DNA of 55,929 nt, counting the filler, from Basidiobolus ranarum (Eukaryota), in NCBI GenBank assembly GCA_040143965.1. It is 4 parts of 4 records of this genome, joined end to end, with 100 filler letters (N's around TTAATTAATTAA, not from the genome) between each part and the next. Parts side by side here need not be neighbours in the genome. Positions count along the whole stretch, not along the records: positions 1 to 13,941 come from JASJQH010000452.1; 3 more parts are not named here. One strand, written 5' to 3'. Shown in pieces: positions 1-14,041 of the stretch. Below the pieces are notes generated by a model. It had not been told where the DNA came from and searched no databases. It saw nothing but the letters and a program-made list of their open reading frames with translations. The position numbers and the translations under genes were made by a program. Every line of letters starts with the position of its first letter. The stretch's first letter is position 1.

Positions 1-700
1 GTAAATTCCGATTGAGAATAATTGATAATATCTTAGTGAATTACAAGATAACTAAGTACTAAGCTATATATGACTATATAGGTGTTTAGGCAATGCTAAT
101 TTCAACAATAGCTAGGTGCATAAAGATAGAAATAACAAGTATGATGAAAATAATAAACTCCCACAAGTTTTGCATTGTTTTCTTCTCCTACAACTGTATC
201 CCACAGTTCTTTTTCTTGAAGCAGTATTTTCATTTTTGATTTCCAGACTTAATAATTGATTCCATCCCATTTTTCAGAGGAAGAAGTTCCAGAAATTTGA
301 GAAGTAGATATCACAGAGAGTGCAAGCCTGGGGCTCAAAATCTGTTGAAGTATTTGGGAGTTTGCTCAAAGGATTTGTTAAACCAGAAGAATTGGTGGTT
401 TTCACCTATTGATTTATTCAGTAGAAAGTTGACATTTATAGTTTTGTCAAGAGAAAAACAAACAAGTAGAATGTGTTACAAAAGGTCCCAGGAACGTGTG
501 TGCAGAGTTTGGGGCCTCTAGCACAATTTTGAAAAGTCCATATATTGGAGAACTTCTAAGTTGGTGAAAATATTCTAAGTAAATTCCAATTGAGTAAAGT
601 GGGTGATATCATGGTGAAGTATAGAATAACTAAGTACTAAGCTATATATGACTATATAGATGCTTGAGCTATTTTAATTTCAACAATTTGTAGGAGCAAA
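1..700. repeat. Degenerate direct repeat (~120-bp unit at 1-120 and 579-700, offset 578 bp) in CpG-depleted DNA; probable decayed repeat or transposon remnant
   Basis: A 34-nt core ATAACTAAGTACTAAGCTATATATGACTATATAG is identical at 48-81 and 626-659, with diverged but alignable flanks. Only 3 CpG counted in 1-840. Confidence 0.7.
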
Positions 701-889
701 ATGAGCCATCTTGAAGTCAATTTGGATGACTTTGAGGTTTGAGTATGACTCCTAATTCTTGAATCTTTGTTAAACTTGTTTATTGAAATTCTATTACTTT
801 AAGTACTGCCAACGATCCTGTGATTTACAAATCTACTCAGAAAATCTATAGAAGCAGTGAAGCCTTTGTTGATATTAACAAACATTTCA

Positions 890-2936
890 TTAATTGGTCT
901 TCTGTCTCTTAGGCGGAGTATCCAAATCATCAGTAGGGAACGCATTCTCTAGGATATCAATAGCCTTGGCTAAAATAGATCTTTCACCAATGCGTACAAC
1001 CAATGAGTTCAACAAATTTCTTTCAACATTATCTGATGAACTCTTCATTTGGTTAAATAATGCTTGATCCTCCTAGTAAGACGGAATTCGATTAGGATAT
1101 TAAGTGAATGAATGTGTGGAGATTCATAAATACCTCTAATGTTCCGTTATACAGCTCACTTCTGGCTTTTAAAATGGTCAGGAAGACTTTTTGAATCTCT
1201 GGGGTTAAGGTGGGTTTGGGTAATTTCTCGGATTTCTGGACTTTGAGGAAATCATTTTCACTCATCGAGAGTAGTTTAGCTGATGAATTTCAAAGAGTTA
1301 ATTGATGAACTTGGGGGGCTAACTAGCGTATTTCTTACCAGTGACGATCATCTCTGGGGGAATCTCTCCATCCACTTCAATCACAAAGCAACTGAAGAAA
1401 TCCAATGTAGGTTAATAAATGAATGAATGGCTGAGCCTGGAATCAAACTACAACCACACTTACTCATCCAGAATCTCATTGTCTAACAATGCGTCGATCT
1501 AATGTACAGAATCATCAGTGTGGCTTCTATTTTGTCTGATACTCGATGGCATACTTACTCTATCACTTTTATCATCTTCTTCGGTGCAGTACGCATTGAC
1601 AACGTACTCTCCACTGATCTCAACGATGTCATTGGGATTATTTTCATCCACAAACCCATATTTACGCAGCAAATCTATGAGCAGAGGAAACCATTGTTAC
1701 ATATTTGAATGGGGAATCCAGTAAACGAAAGCGCTGGTTACCAGCAGAGCATAGATCTCCATATGTGTTATACTACAAAAGAAGTGTTAGTACTTATCAA
1801 GTGGTAGAAAGTAGCTAAGCATTACAATCTGTTCTCCGGCTTGAATGTTCTTGATAGCACACATACCAAGACGATCTTCTTCATAGAATAATCTAGCCTA
1901 ATCAAGAATTAGTGTCTTTCCTTCGGATCCAAGGTCATTTCAGTTGAAGTCTTACATTGTTAAAGCCAGTCTTGTGGTTGAGCATATCAGCCATGGGCAC
2001 CATGGTGACCTCTCCCTCTACTTCCTCCTCATCCTCATCCGACTCTTCATCCGATTCACCGGGGGCTTCATCGATGAAGCTGTAGGCCATGATCAATGAG
2101 CCCATACGATGAAAGAGAGAAAGGTAGTCCAATCCCTTAGGGAACAATTCTTCATGTTTCTAAACCATCCAAATCAGTAAAGGCTTCTCTTTGAGAAAGT
2201 ATCAACAAGCAAATCACCTCGATTATAGGCAAAATGGTTTCTTTGAAGCACTCCTCAGCCTGTTCTTTTCCAATTTTATCTATTGAATTGATTTGGGTTT
2301 AGTTCATTTCTTTAGGATGAATTTCACCCATGTAAATCATACCGATGACTCCAGTTCCTGTCAATTCCTTTTGTTCTTCTTCTGACCAGAACATGGGTGT
2401 ATGGAACTCCTTGGGAAGAATATCTATTTCAGTTGGTAAAAGAGTGGTTTCGGTTTAGCTACTTAAAGCATGACTAGTATCGATTATTTTCATAGGTTCT
2501 ACCAAAATATGGTCTCCATTTTGAGTTGGCGTTTCCACTTTCATAGATCATACAACTATATCGAATGGGACCAAAGTGTCAAGGTTTGAATAGATAGACA
2601 GTGTAGTATGGAGCTACCTACAGAATCAACGGGTTCCAACCCTCCAACTCTGCTAGAGAAATCTTTTGTGAAAGTTCGGAGTTCTTGACAGAAAGTAATA
2701 CAGTACGAGGTAGAGTAAACAATACTTCCTCTTCCTATGATAACAAACTATATGAGTTTTGCTTCTTAGTCTCTTTCGTCCGAACTTCTTACTTTTATAT
2801 CCTCTACTGCATATACACCACGACCTGCACCCTCCTTGGAATAATCTTTAAAGGCGATCTTGGAGGATATGGTGGAACCTTCCTCTTTTAACCAGTTGAT
2901 GAAACGTTCGTTTTGTTGTTCAAAGTCTGCTTTCAT
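890..2936 (-). CDS. RKM4: SET-domain N-lysine methyltransferase, SETD6/Rkm4 family (multi-exon)
   Basis: Spliced translation gives MKADFEQQNERFINWLKEEG, GAGRGVYAVEDI, KWRPYFDILPKEFHTPMFW, VPMADMLNHKTGFNN and YNTYGDLCSADLLRKYGFVD, ending PPKRQKTN* (stop 890-892). Introns are GT-AG. Confidence 0.88.
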
Positions 2937-3271
2937 GTTGGTTGGTTTTCTTCTATGTTTACCTTTCAAGTTAAAGATAACCGAAAAAAACCCATATATA
3001 CTAGCTAGTCACTGGATTGAATTTTTTTTAGAAAATTTCAAATTGTAACTAAATCCATTGAATGAATAGGAATTAATCAATGTTTCCCCTACTCTTATCT
3101 AGTGTACCGAGTACCTACCATGAAACATTTTGGTAGGGTATGATTACTTAATTGGAAAGATCTTTTGTTTCGATTCAGGGATGGAACTTGAAGCGATAAA
3201 TTTAGTCCATCATTCGAGGAATCTTTATAGGTTTTAAACCACACTTTACCAACGCTAAGAGTTACTTCAAC

Positions 3272-4562
3272 ATGTACAATTCAACCAAGACAACCAATTC
3301 TTCCAGTCAGAAATATTTTGAAGAGGTACCATTTGAAAGTTTTTAGATAAATATTGTATTACTTCTTATGTTGAGCTTGTTTGTGCTTACTTCACTTGAT
3401 TTCTTTATCCATTATGGATGTAAATTTACATACCTATTTTTGTACCTTCAGTTTTTACCTTTTAGACAATTTTAGTTCGACTTTAGTGCTATGGATATTA
3501 CTCTTCCAGATGGATTTGAACTTTGTTTACCAGGATCCAATACTTCCAACAATAGTCTACCAGAAGATACCGATATAGTCGATGTAGATACACCCATTCC
3601 CTCTACTAACGTTGGTTATCAACTGCTACTTAAAATGGGTTGGCAAGGCAAAGGTCTTGGAGTCAATCAACAAGGTAAATACTACCTATAGCAAGTGACA
3701 CTTGGCTTAAAAATTCTTTACTAATACACTTGGTAGGTCGTCTGGAACCAGTGAAAGTCACCCTAAAAGAAGATAAATTGGGTTTGGGTAAACTGGAAGC
3801 TGAACAAACGGTACATACAGAGAGTACCTCTAGAAGAAAAGCCCTCGAAAGTGAAAAGATTGCGGAGGAAAATGAGGAACAAAAAGTGTTGCGTGAGGTA
3901 CGCCTAATACTCCTCTCCCCTCCCCTCCCCTCCCCCTCCTTCCTCCTCCTATGTTCTAATGTATACATATATCTTTTAATTGACATTAGGAAAAAGCACA
4001 GCAACAGGAGGATTTGAAAAAACATATTCATGAGATAAATTCAGCCTTCTACTGTTCATTATGTGACAAACAGTATACAAAGATATCCGAATATGAGTCA
4101 CATTTGTCCTCATACGACCACCATCATAAGAAGGTATTTCTCACCCAAAAAGGTGCTTCCTTCATGTAGTCTAACATGTCATTATTCAACCAACAGAGAT
4201 TCCAGGAGATGAAGCAATCCAGCAAAAATCCCGATGATTTGCAAGCACGTAAAGAAAAGGACCGTAAGAGGGAAGAGAAAGAGCTAAAACGCATGCAAGA
4301 AGCAGCTATGGCTGCGGCTGCGAAACGAAGCACAAACGTTAGCAACAACGTCACACAACCTATACTCGAGTCTACCAGTAATGGCGCCTCTTCAGAAATG
4401 GCCAAAGATCTCTCAAGCTCAACCCACAAGCCCATCTCTTTTGGAATAGGGAAGAAAGCGAATGAGGTAAGCTATTCATCTATATACTCTCGATGTCTGG
4501 ATTCAACTAAAGATTCTTTCTAGGGTGCCAAACCATTCAAATTTGCACTCAAGAAGAAATAA
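3272..4562 (+). CDS. G-patch plus C2H2 zinc-finger protein, GPATCH8-like (multi-exon)
   Basis: G-patch IPSTNVGYQLLLKMGWQGKGLGVNQQGRLEPVKV..KLGLG, then zinc finger [35 protein letters not shown]. ATG at 3272; ends FALKKK* at 4560-4562. Confidence 0.85.
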
Positions 4563-5045
4563 GACTTTCTTTCATTTGATTTGTAATACTTTTATAACAC
4601 ATACACCAACTTTCAAAATAAATCTCTTCTGAATTCTAGTTTGTGCAACTATCAATGCTCATGTGGTTATTTTCTCCTAACCTGATTAAATTCTTGAATA
4701 CACAACCAACCAATGCTTGCACCCGAACTGAACCCAAATCTTATTATTGTTCAGGAAATGTCACTTTTATGCTATCCAAATTTATTGCGTCATCTGTAGT
4801 TGAATGGCATGCCAAATAATTACTAAACACATTTCGTAATCGGTCAGATTTATCATGAACCGAAGGCATATATGGATGAAATTATTAGCTCGGTACTACC
4901 AAAAAATTCATTGCGTGTGTGTCTGACGTAAAACGTAGTTATAAACAGTACTCATGAAGAGAAGCCCTTTAGCTCTTGATTGTTTTATCTTGACTTGACT
5001 TATTGCCAAGTTTACTTTGAAAACACTTTCAACTCTATCGATACT

Positions 5046-7738
5046 ATGGCAGCTTCCGACAGAATAATATTACCAACTAACGTGAAGCCTTCTCACTATG
5101 TTGTCTCTTTAACTCCTGACCTTGAGAAATTCACCTTTGACGGATCCGTGGATACAACGTATGCCTTTTAACTATATTTTTGGTTTATCTTGGAAGTTCA
5201 CTCGATATTCACCCTTATTATGACCTATATAGTATTACTATCAACGAGAATACCTCCAAAATCACCCTCCACGCTAAAGAGGTCCAAATTCACAGTGCTT
5301 CCTTAAGCGGGAACATATCCAAGACCGAACATGACAGTACTGCTACTGATATTTCATATGATGAAAAGCTTGAAACTGCCACCTTGACTTTCCCTCAAGA
5401 ACTTCCTGCTGGCTCGGAAGCTATATTAAGTATCAAGTTCAGTGGTATTCTAAACGATAAGATGGCAGGTTTCTACAGAAGTTCCTATAATGATAAAGAT
5501 GGTAATAAACAACATATGGCTGTTACTCAATTCGAGGCCACCGATGCTAGAAGAGCCTTCCCTTGTTGGGATGAACCCGCACTTAAGGCCACTTTCGATA
5601 TTACCCTTCGTGTTCGTAAAGACCTTACCGCTCTATCTAATATGAACGTTATCTCTGAGAGTGAAGTCGATGGTTTGAATGAAGTCAAGTTTGCTACCAC
5701 CCCAATCATGTCAACATATCTAGTTGCTTTTGTCGTTGGTGATTTGGAATACATCGAGGCCTCCACTTCCGGAATCAACAATGGTGAGCCTGTACTTTGT
5801 CGAGTTTACACTCTTAAAGGGCAATCTAACCAAGGCCACTTTGCTCTTGACGTTGCTACCAAATCTTTGGAATACTTCTCGGAGGCCTTTGGTTCCGCTT
5901 ATCCATTACCTAAATTAGATCTTATTGCCATTCCAGATTTCGGTGCTGGTGCCATGGAGAATTGGGGATTGGTCACATTCCGTAATGTCGTTCTCTTATT
6001 TGATGAAAAAACCAGTTCTTCAAGAATCAAGTTGAGAATCGCTAATGTAGTCGCTCATGAGCTAGCACATCAATGGTTTGGAAATTTGGTCACCATGGAG
6101 TGGTGGAATCACCTTTGGCTTAACGAAGGGTTTGCCACATGGGTCGCTTCTCTAGCTGTTAACAAACTTTTCCCGGATTGGAATGTTTGGACTCAATTCG
6201 TGGTGGATGATTTACAACGCGGTCTTCAACTCGATGCACTTAGAAGCTCTCACCCCATTGAAGTGGATGTCCGTGATCCCGCGGAGATTAATCAAATCTT
6301 CGATGCTATCAGCTACTCTAAGGGGGCCAGTGTAATTAGAATGTTGAGTGCCTTCCTTGGAGAAGAAGTTTTCTTGAAGGGAGTTCGAGCATATTTGAAA
6401 AAGCACGAGTACGGGAATGCCAGTACTCAAGATCTATGGGACTCACTTAGTCAAGAATCTGGACATGATGTCGGGAAATTCATGACATTGTGGACCAAAC
6501 AAGTTGGTTACCCGGTACTGACTGTTACCGAATCTGAGGGGAAATTGAAAGTACGTCAGTCTCGTTACCTTTCTAGCGGTGATGTTTCTCCTGCGGATGA
6601 TACCCAATTGTGGTGGGTTCCACTAAGTATCTCTGATGCGTCCAACGTCGAAAAGTGCACCAACGATATCTTGACTGAAAGAGAAGCTTCCTTCACTATT
6701 CCTCAAAGTGGTTTCTATAAACTCAATTCTCAACAAACCGGTGTTTATCGCGTTCATTACCCTACTGATGCCCTCAACAAGCTCGGTGAGGCGGTGAAAC
6801 AAAAGCAAGGACTTACAGCTAGTGATAGGATCGGTATCGTGGCTGATACTGCCGCTTTGGCCTACTCTGGATTCAGTAAAACCTCGGATTTATTGAGTTT
6901 ACTCCAGAACTTTGAAAATGAAGAAGATTACACCGTCCTGAGTGAAATTTCTTCCCGTCTTCACTCACTTATCTCTGTGTGGTACCAGGAGCCTGAGGAA
7001 GTCATTCAAAAGATTCTGGCCATTCAACGTAATATTTTCGCCAAACAAGCCAAAAAACTTGGCTGGGAGGCTCCTAGTGAGGAGGATTATCTTTCATCAC
7101 TTCTTCGTAACTTAGCTATTGCCATGGCTGGTAAGGCTGGCGATGAAGAAATCATTCAAGAGGCACAACAGAGATTTGCGAAATTCATTGAGGGTGATGA
7201 AGCTGCCATTCATCCTAACCTTCGTAGCACTGTTTATGGTATTGTTGTAAGAAATGGTGGTCAACAAGAGTACGAAGCAATTCAGAAGTTATACGAGGAA
7301 ACCACCACTGCTGATCAGAAGTTGTTCGCTTTAGCCGCTTTAGGTGCCACCAGACAACCTGAATTGATCCAACGTGCCTTGGATTACTCCATTAGTGAGC
7401 ATGTTCGTCCTCAAGATATCATCTACGTTTTAAGCACACTCTCTAGTAACCCCAAGGGTCGTGAACCCCTCTGGAAGTTCGTTACTAGTCACTGGGACTC
7501 GTTGTCTGAACGTTATGAAGGTAGTATCGCAACTTTGGGTAATATCATTAAAAACGCTACCGGAGAGTTTACCAGTGAAGAGAAAGCCAAGGAAGTGGAG
7601 GAGTTCTTTAAAACCAAAGATACAAAGGATGTCGCTCGCCCCTTACAACAATCTCTTGAAAAACTCCGAGCCAACGCGGCTTGGTTGAGCCGTAGTCGTG
7701 AAGATGTGGAGAAATGGTTAAAGGAGAATTCCAATTAA
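5046..7738 (+). CDS. APE2: M1 family alanyl/puromycin-sensitive aminopeptidase (Ape2/Aap1-like); one intron at ~5159-5232
   Basis: Starts MAASDRIILPTNVKPSHY. Contains TQFEATDARRAFPCWDEP, GAMENWGL, the HELAHQWFGNLVT..WLNEGFA zinc motif and an ERAP1-like C-terminal domain. Confidence 0.95.
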
Positions 7739-8290
7739 TCTTAATCCGATTTTAAATACTAGTAGTCCCCTCCCACATACACCTATCACTGTTGTTACCA
7801 TTCTTAATCAAATTAACGAGAAAGATCGCGTAAAGCACCCAAGATACTTTGCTTGATCAATAAAAAAGAGCGTGAACACGTTAATACGATAACAGCATTT
7901 ATTCCACTTTCTTGAAGAACGATAACAAGAAACGATTCAACAAATCAAATCCCGCCTTAACTTCATGCACTAATTTCGAGTAGCAAAACCATTTGCATCA
8001 CTGTTATCAACAATAACTAATTCCAATTAAAATCATCCAATTTATAGTATTCATCTAGAAAATCCCGAAAGATGAATTCATTTGAACACGAGAAAATCAA
8101 ACCATTCACACATAACAAAGCAAAAAACCAGTTTGAAAATATGGTTAAATTATAGTAAACAAAGTAACAGTAACAAATACCAATGGTTGGGTGAAATTAG
8201 GTTGAAAGAACCTTCGTTTTGTGAGTGGTGTTTATCCAAGTTTTCCTTTGAACACATAGTTTCCCTTTGTTGAATATTCTCAAGTTCTTC

Positions 8291-11200
8291 ATGACCAGTT
8301 TGACTGAAGAAGAGCTTTATCGGGTATTTTTGTAGAGTTTCTTCTTTTTACTCAAAATCTCTGCTGAATAACCAATACTTGAAACTCATTAGATAACCTA
8401 TAAGAAGTTCTCTGACCATGACTTTACGTATGATGTATATGGAGACCAAGATTTTCCTGGGGCAATCTTACCTGAACCCTTCACTTGTAATGACAACAGA
8501 AATCCCTCTTATTACACGCAATTATTCTGGCAGAGTCCATTAGTACACAAAGGTATCCCCTTTCGAATTTCTTGGCGTTTTAAATGTTCTTTTCTAACTT
8601 GATTTAAAATACCTCTTCAAAATAGAACACAAAAATTTCCTTGGAATCTATCGTCCTGTTGGTTCGATAGCCATCAGTTTACTTCACGATAAGCCAACCG
8701 ATTACTATATAGCCGTGGTCCGTACACCTTTGGTTAGTGAACTCAAGAGCATCTTTACCATCTTATTTATTCGTCTCTGACGCCTAGTTTTAGAAATTCA
8801 CTACGATTAAGATTAGCGGTAATATGTTAAAAACTTCGAACGCTTCTTACATTGGAAAACAGATTCCGTCCAATTCTCGACATAAGATACTTTTGTATTA
8901 TATTTTGGAAAAATATCTGGAAAAAGTAGAGGCAGATATTGAAATACTTCAAGAGTGGGAGAAAGAAACACTGGGACAAACATTCAAGCGAACTACTGTT
9001 AACAGACTTCCTCTAACATATTCCAAAACCGCCACATTTCATCCAATCGAGTACAACGACGTGGTAGTAGAGATTTCGGCGAAAGCGTTTAAACACGACC
9101 TGTTTTCAATCGTAGCCAAACTTGAACAAGTAAAGGAAGATAGCATTATTCCTGTCTTGAAGAGTCTGGAAGCGAAATTGGTAGTCCTCATTTATAGTCT
9201 TCTCAGTTTACTTGATTTTGCTGACTTTCTTTGTCATAGATCAACAAATCGTTTCATTTGGATGTGATCTTCATCGATTCTGACAAATCCCCAGGTAAAT
9301 AGTTGAATAATAATAGTATCTGAAGCGTTGATCGCAAGTCTTTTTTCCGGTGATTTGTGTGCTAACATATTTGAAGAATTGGAGGAGACTTGGGATGATT
9401 TTCAGGCGATCTGCGGGGTTCAATTAGAGCTTCAAATTCCAGAGCATATACCGGCAATAGAATCTCAATTCACTCCCCCAGTCACCAAAGCCACACCATC
9501 GAAAGTAAAGAAAACACGGACTCCTGAGGAAATGGAAAAGGAAAGAAAAAATGCGTTCTACGAGATCATGGAGACCGAGAAGAATCATGTGAAGAGACTT
9601 TGGTCACTGATGAATGTGAGAAGATCCCTTAATTTCTCAGTAATTTGGAAAACTACTAATCCTTCATGATAGACTTACGTGTTTCCGCTACGTCAATCAG
9701 CGGAAAGTGGACGACATGTCATACTTCGAAAGTACCATTTGAACAAGATATTTACCAACATTGAGTCTGTGATTAAGATACACGAGGAGTTCTTGGAAGA
9801 TCTCAAGAAACTAGAGGAAAACGAGCTCAGAGGGCTAGGCAAGGTTTTCTTGCATAATGTAAGCGAATCACCATCACGCAGGTATCATGTATTTGAAGCA
9901 CTACTGATTCAAATTCATCTTTCCTGTAGTTGACCAAGTTTGGCCCCATCAAGAGCTATGTTCTTGATTACCCCAGTGCCTTGAAGCATTCGAATACCTT
10001 AGCCAAGAGTGAAGCTTCCTATCGGGACTTTCTGAAAGTAGGTTATTTCCAGGGATCTGCCTTCATTTCTCTCACTAATATTTACTCTTATTAAGCGCGT
10101 TCTGGAGGATCCGAATTGCTTGGATTTACCCGAGTTACTTGGAACCCCTTGTCAAAGAATCTCTAAATACATTGTTTTGTTTGATAGTAAGCTCTCATCT
10201 TCACATGGTATTCAAGTGAACTCCACATTGACTTTTTCCAAGTTCTATTTTCCAACACTTCGCAGCAACATCCCGACTATCGCCCACTGAAGAAAGCTCA
10301 CGAACAGTTGAAAGAAATTGCTGGATTGTATGAAAGCCCTGATTCGGAGTCGGTGAAAGTGTTACATCAACTCTACCGTATAATCGATGATTGCCCAGTA
10401 AGTATTTGTTTCTTCTCTGCGCTGTTCTGGACGGTCATTTTAACTAACCTTAATACTGATCGAAAATAGCCCGATATCATTAGCGCTTCACGCAAATTCA
10501 TCACTCAGTTTGTTGTTCAAGAAGTGGACTTCACTGTAGCCACACCACTGGTTCAACTCACTTTGTTCTTGTTTACCGATCGTCTACTGGTAGCTCGTGC
10601 CAAATCTCAAGACCATCTTCTGGGGGAAAGGAAGAAGCCTTATGAGTTTGTCGGATGGATTAGTTTAGTCGGACTGTCATGGTACGAAATGGATTCTTTA
10701 GGTTAGTTCAAGAAATTCCTAGAAAATCATGAAAAGGAGAAACTAATTCATCTTCAATAGCGCAAACTGGATTTTATATTCATGCACATGCTGAATACGT
10801 CGAGGATGAATATTGGATCGTCCAAAGGCTACGATCTTTCATCAGCCCAAATGTAAAGGAAAAGGATAATTTTAGACTACAGCTGGAGGCCGCAAAGGCA
10901 ATCACCAAAACTGAAAGTGAGTGATCATTCTAAAGACATCAAGCTAAGATATTGGCCATTAAGATAATCCTTTGTTCTTTGCAGAAACCAATGCCATACC
11001 GTTCCATCTTCAGCATCGAGGTGCGGATATCTACTTGAATATTTACCGCATGGAGGACTATAAGACTTCAAAGTTCAAGGTTCTTTCTAGTTCATTTCTT
11101 GGTGTCATCGTTGAGTCTTCTAACCCACTCTTTCTAGAATCAATTGGCGATTGTTTACATTGACAGTAGCACTAAAGTTGATGATACGACCATTCCAATT

Positions 11201-11814
11201 CAAGGGTTTGACTCTTTTGCTATTGGGATTTTGCAAGCTAGCAATTTTAAATACAGGTATTTCTCTTGTTGAATGTGCATCTTCAACAAAGTCTTGTTGT
11301 CATTAAATGTGTGTACGTCTTTTATCTGTTCTAGAATGATGCTCAAGTGTAAAGCAGACACTTCTCCACCGACATGTGATCTAGCCACCGCAGAGGATGA
11401 AGCTATCTCTCCATCTGCTCTAGCATATCAGTCTATCGAAGATTTTCGGATAACCTTCTTCGATCGAGGTATCTATCACTCAGTATTGACTAATTTGACT
11501 CTTATGCTAACCTTATCATGATAGTCTTACAAACTTTCGAATCACTCAAAAACTCCGTGGCCCACGCGAGCCAACAGCTTACCTTTAATGATCTGTTACT
11601 TGGTGGCTTAGAGGGACGAAGCTTTCACTCCAAAAACAGCATCCTCTCAAAGGCGAAATCCATCACCAAGAGGATATCCCATGCGTTGGCAGAACATCCC
11701 CAAAAGAAAACACTCCGAACGCTAAGAAAACATGATCAAGAAGATCGGGGCGCTGCCAGTCCAATGAAAGGTAGAAATGTTGAGTGGAACGATTTTTTCA
11801 CCGAGAAGCAGTGA
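8291..11814 (+). CDS. Dbl-homology (DH-PH) Rho guanine nucleotide exchange factor (multi-exon; start codon uncertain)
   Basis: DH motifs RKNAFYEIMETEKNHVKRL, IFTNIESVIKIHEEFLEDL, LPELLGTPCQRISKYIVL and QHPDY; PH-like TLFLFTDRLLVAR. Confidence 0.8.
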
Positions 11815-12915
11815 AGCATGTAATCGTACTGAGTGAAGGCTGAATCGACTTTAGCCCTTTCTCCACCATTGTCTTAGTTTCAATTGAATATCCATCCTTT
11901 CACTCTTGTATAGTTTTAGCAGCTTTTTGGACATATAAATATTCATTTTACGATATAGAAGCAATCAATCAATAATAAATAAATCGGATCATTTCTGACT
12001 CTCTTGCCCATGCTTACGTTATTTCGTAATTCTTGGAATATCGATAAATAACATTCTCCCATATTTTATGATCTATTGTTTGATTGGCCAGCCGGAAAGT
12101 ATTTCCCAGTCCTCGTGACTGGTTTTAACTCTACAGTCTTTAAGAACTCTATGAATCCATGATCAAGGGCTGCCAGGCTACTTTACTAGCAAGATATACT
12201 TGCAATACTGCGGCTTAGAAGTTAGTTCGATTTGAAAGTTTCGGAAATCGTGGCTCATGTATACATGAAAAGATGAGTCCACATCAAGGGCCTTATATGG
12301 ATCTTGGCTATCGTTATATAAGTGGTGCTAATTGATCGAGTTTATCAATATCGAAGATTGATCACCAATATGATTCATTCATCTCTATAAACGGAAAAGT
12401 TAAAGAGGCAGGTTGACCATGTGCGAAAGCAAAGTTCTTTTCGTAAATCACGGTCATTTCTCATTTCTCCATAAGCCTATGAATATCTTCCCCTAAATAT
12501 GAACCCTGGCCTTTGTCATATTTCTATAATCTTGTTGAATAATTTCCCGCTCTTTACTCTTACCAGCTTTCCATCTTCTCCCCTAGCTCTGTTGTGACTT
12601 GTTCATTCTTAATTATATCTGCTTCCTTTTCTTCCGCCATTTCTTTTCCAGTGCTTGCTCAGGTTATAGTTTTGAGCAGTAGGGGAGAACTAGCTTTGAT
12701 ATAATATACTAGATACAAGCACTTATTTTCCCTCTTTCGATATCGTCTTGATAAGACCAGTACTATTATCCAACTCTCAGTATTAAAACGACTCCGGAAT
12801 CTACACTAGGTGTCTTCATATTTCGACTCTACACCGAAAACAAAACAATACTATACTCTTGACCATCCACCAGCCCTATCTCTCTGTTTACAGCACTTTT
12901 AAAACATTCAACACA

Positions 12916-13488
12916 ATGGGCTTTGCACACAAAACTTATTTATCTGGCAATAGAATATTTGGTTGTAAAGATTGCAAAACTCATCTAACAACCACAGATT
13001 GTCTGGTTTCCAAGGTAATGTTTAAACCTTCAATAAGTTATCTCCAGCCCGAGGTTTCCACTAGACTTTGAAGTTTATAGTATCTCTTTGGGATTATCTC
13101 TAACTGATCTTTTGTTGAATGTAGGCTTTTCAAGGACAACATGGACGAGCGTATCTCTTCCAAACAGTGTAAGTAGGAATTTAAATACCATTCATCAGAC
13201 TATGCATTCAAATATGTATCCATCCCTTACTCAAGAGCGAATGTTGTCGAAGGGGAGGAAATCGAGCGTTCTATGACTACAGGCCTTCACGTTGTCAAGG
13301 ATATTCAATGTTCTAAATGTCAACGCGTTGTAGGGTGGAGATATGTTCGTAGCACAGTTGACTTTTCACATAGGATTGTTTATTAAATAATCGAAATTCT
13401 CTTTCAGGTACGAGCGTACGAAGAAAGTCAGCGATACAAAGAAGGACAATACATCCTTGAACGTAATTTGTTGGTAGATGTAGAATGA
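12916..13488 (+). CDS. MOH1: Yippee-like zinc-binding protein (Moh1/YPEL family), 4 exons
   Basis: Spliced: MGFAHKTYLSGNRIFGCKDCKTHL..VSKAFQGQHGRAYLF..SMTTGLHVVKDIQCSKCQRVVGWRYVRAYEESQRYKEGQYILER. Confidence 0.92.
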
Positions 13489-13941
13489 TCTCACTTTACT
13501 CTCCTCAAGAAACTTTTAATAGCATACTCCAATTCCTTTTTTTTATACTTTTGCGCAGTACACGTACACGTACTTGTACCCTAATATACATTCGATTTTT
13601 TTGTGGCACCTTTTTGCATTCCTTGCTTGACGCAATCACACAAGACACTCTTGCTCTGTTCATGCCATGTGTTTCCCTTTAGTTCTTTAGGAAATCTTAT
13701 AGATGAAACCATCTCTTTTGGCATCTTTTCCGCTAGTTATAAATCACTATTTGCCAAGATACAAGTCATTATTCTCACTGTCATTAAATGTTTCAGAAGA
13801 ATCACTCTTATAAGTTCCCCTTTTCCCTTCCCTTTCCCTCCTCTACGAGTTTTGAGTTTACTTATCTCTTCATAGAATGTAGATGCATTCACTTTCTTTG
13901 ATCAATAAATGGAAGAACCATTTCCCAAGAAGACCACAATC

Positions 13942-14041
13942 NNNNNNNNNNNNNNNNNNNNNNNNNNNNNNNNNNNNNNNNNNNNTTAATTAATTAANNN
14001 NNNNNNNNNNNNNNNNNNNNNNNNNNNNNNNNNNNNNNNNN
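13942..14041. other. Artificial contig-joining linker (N44-TTAATTAATTAA-N44)
   Basis: Exactly 100 nt; the central 12-mer has stops in all six frames; identical to the two other linkers. Confidence 0.97.

Noticed and set aside
2937-3271. Short divergent promoter between RKM4 and the G-patch gene
   Set aside because: Common in compact fungal genomes; no functional link is evident.
5180-5232. N-terminus of the 852-aa ORF as listed in the track
   Set aside because: It lies inside the intron; the real start is the ATG at 5046.
8554-8625. Intron starting GTATCCCCTTT in the RhoGEF gene as a possible U12-type intron
   Set aside because: It does not match GTATCCTT and has a U2-type CTAAC branch site rather than TCCTTAAC.
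13986-13997. TTAATTAATTAA palindrome repeated three times at ~14-kb spacing
   Set aside because: It is embedded in N runs and is an artificial six-frame-stop linker.
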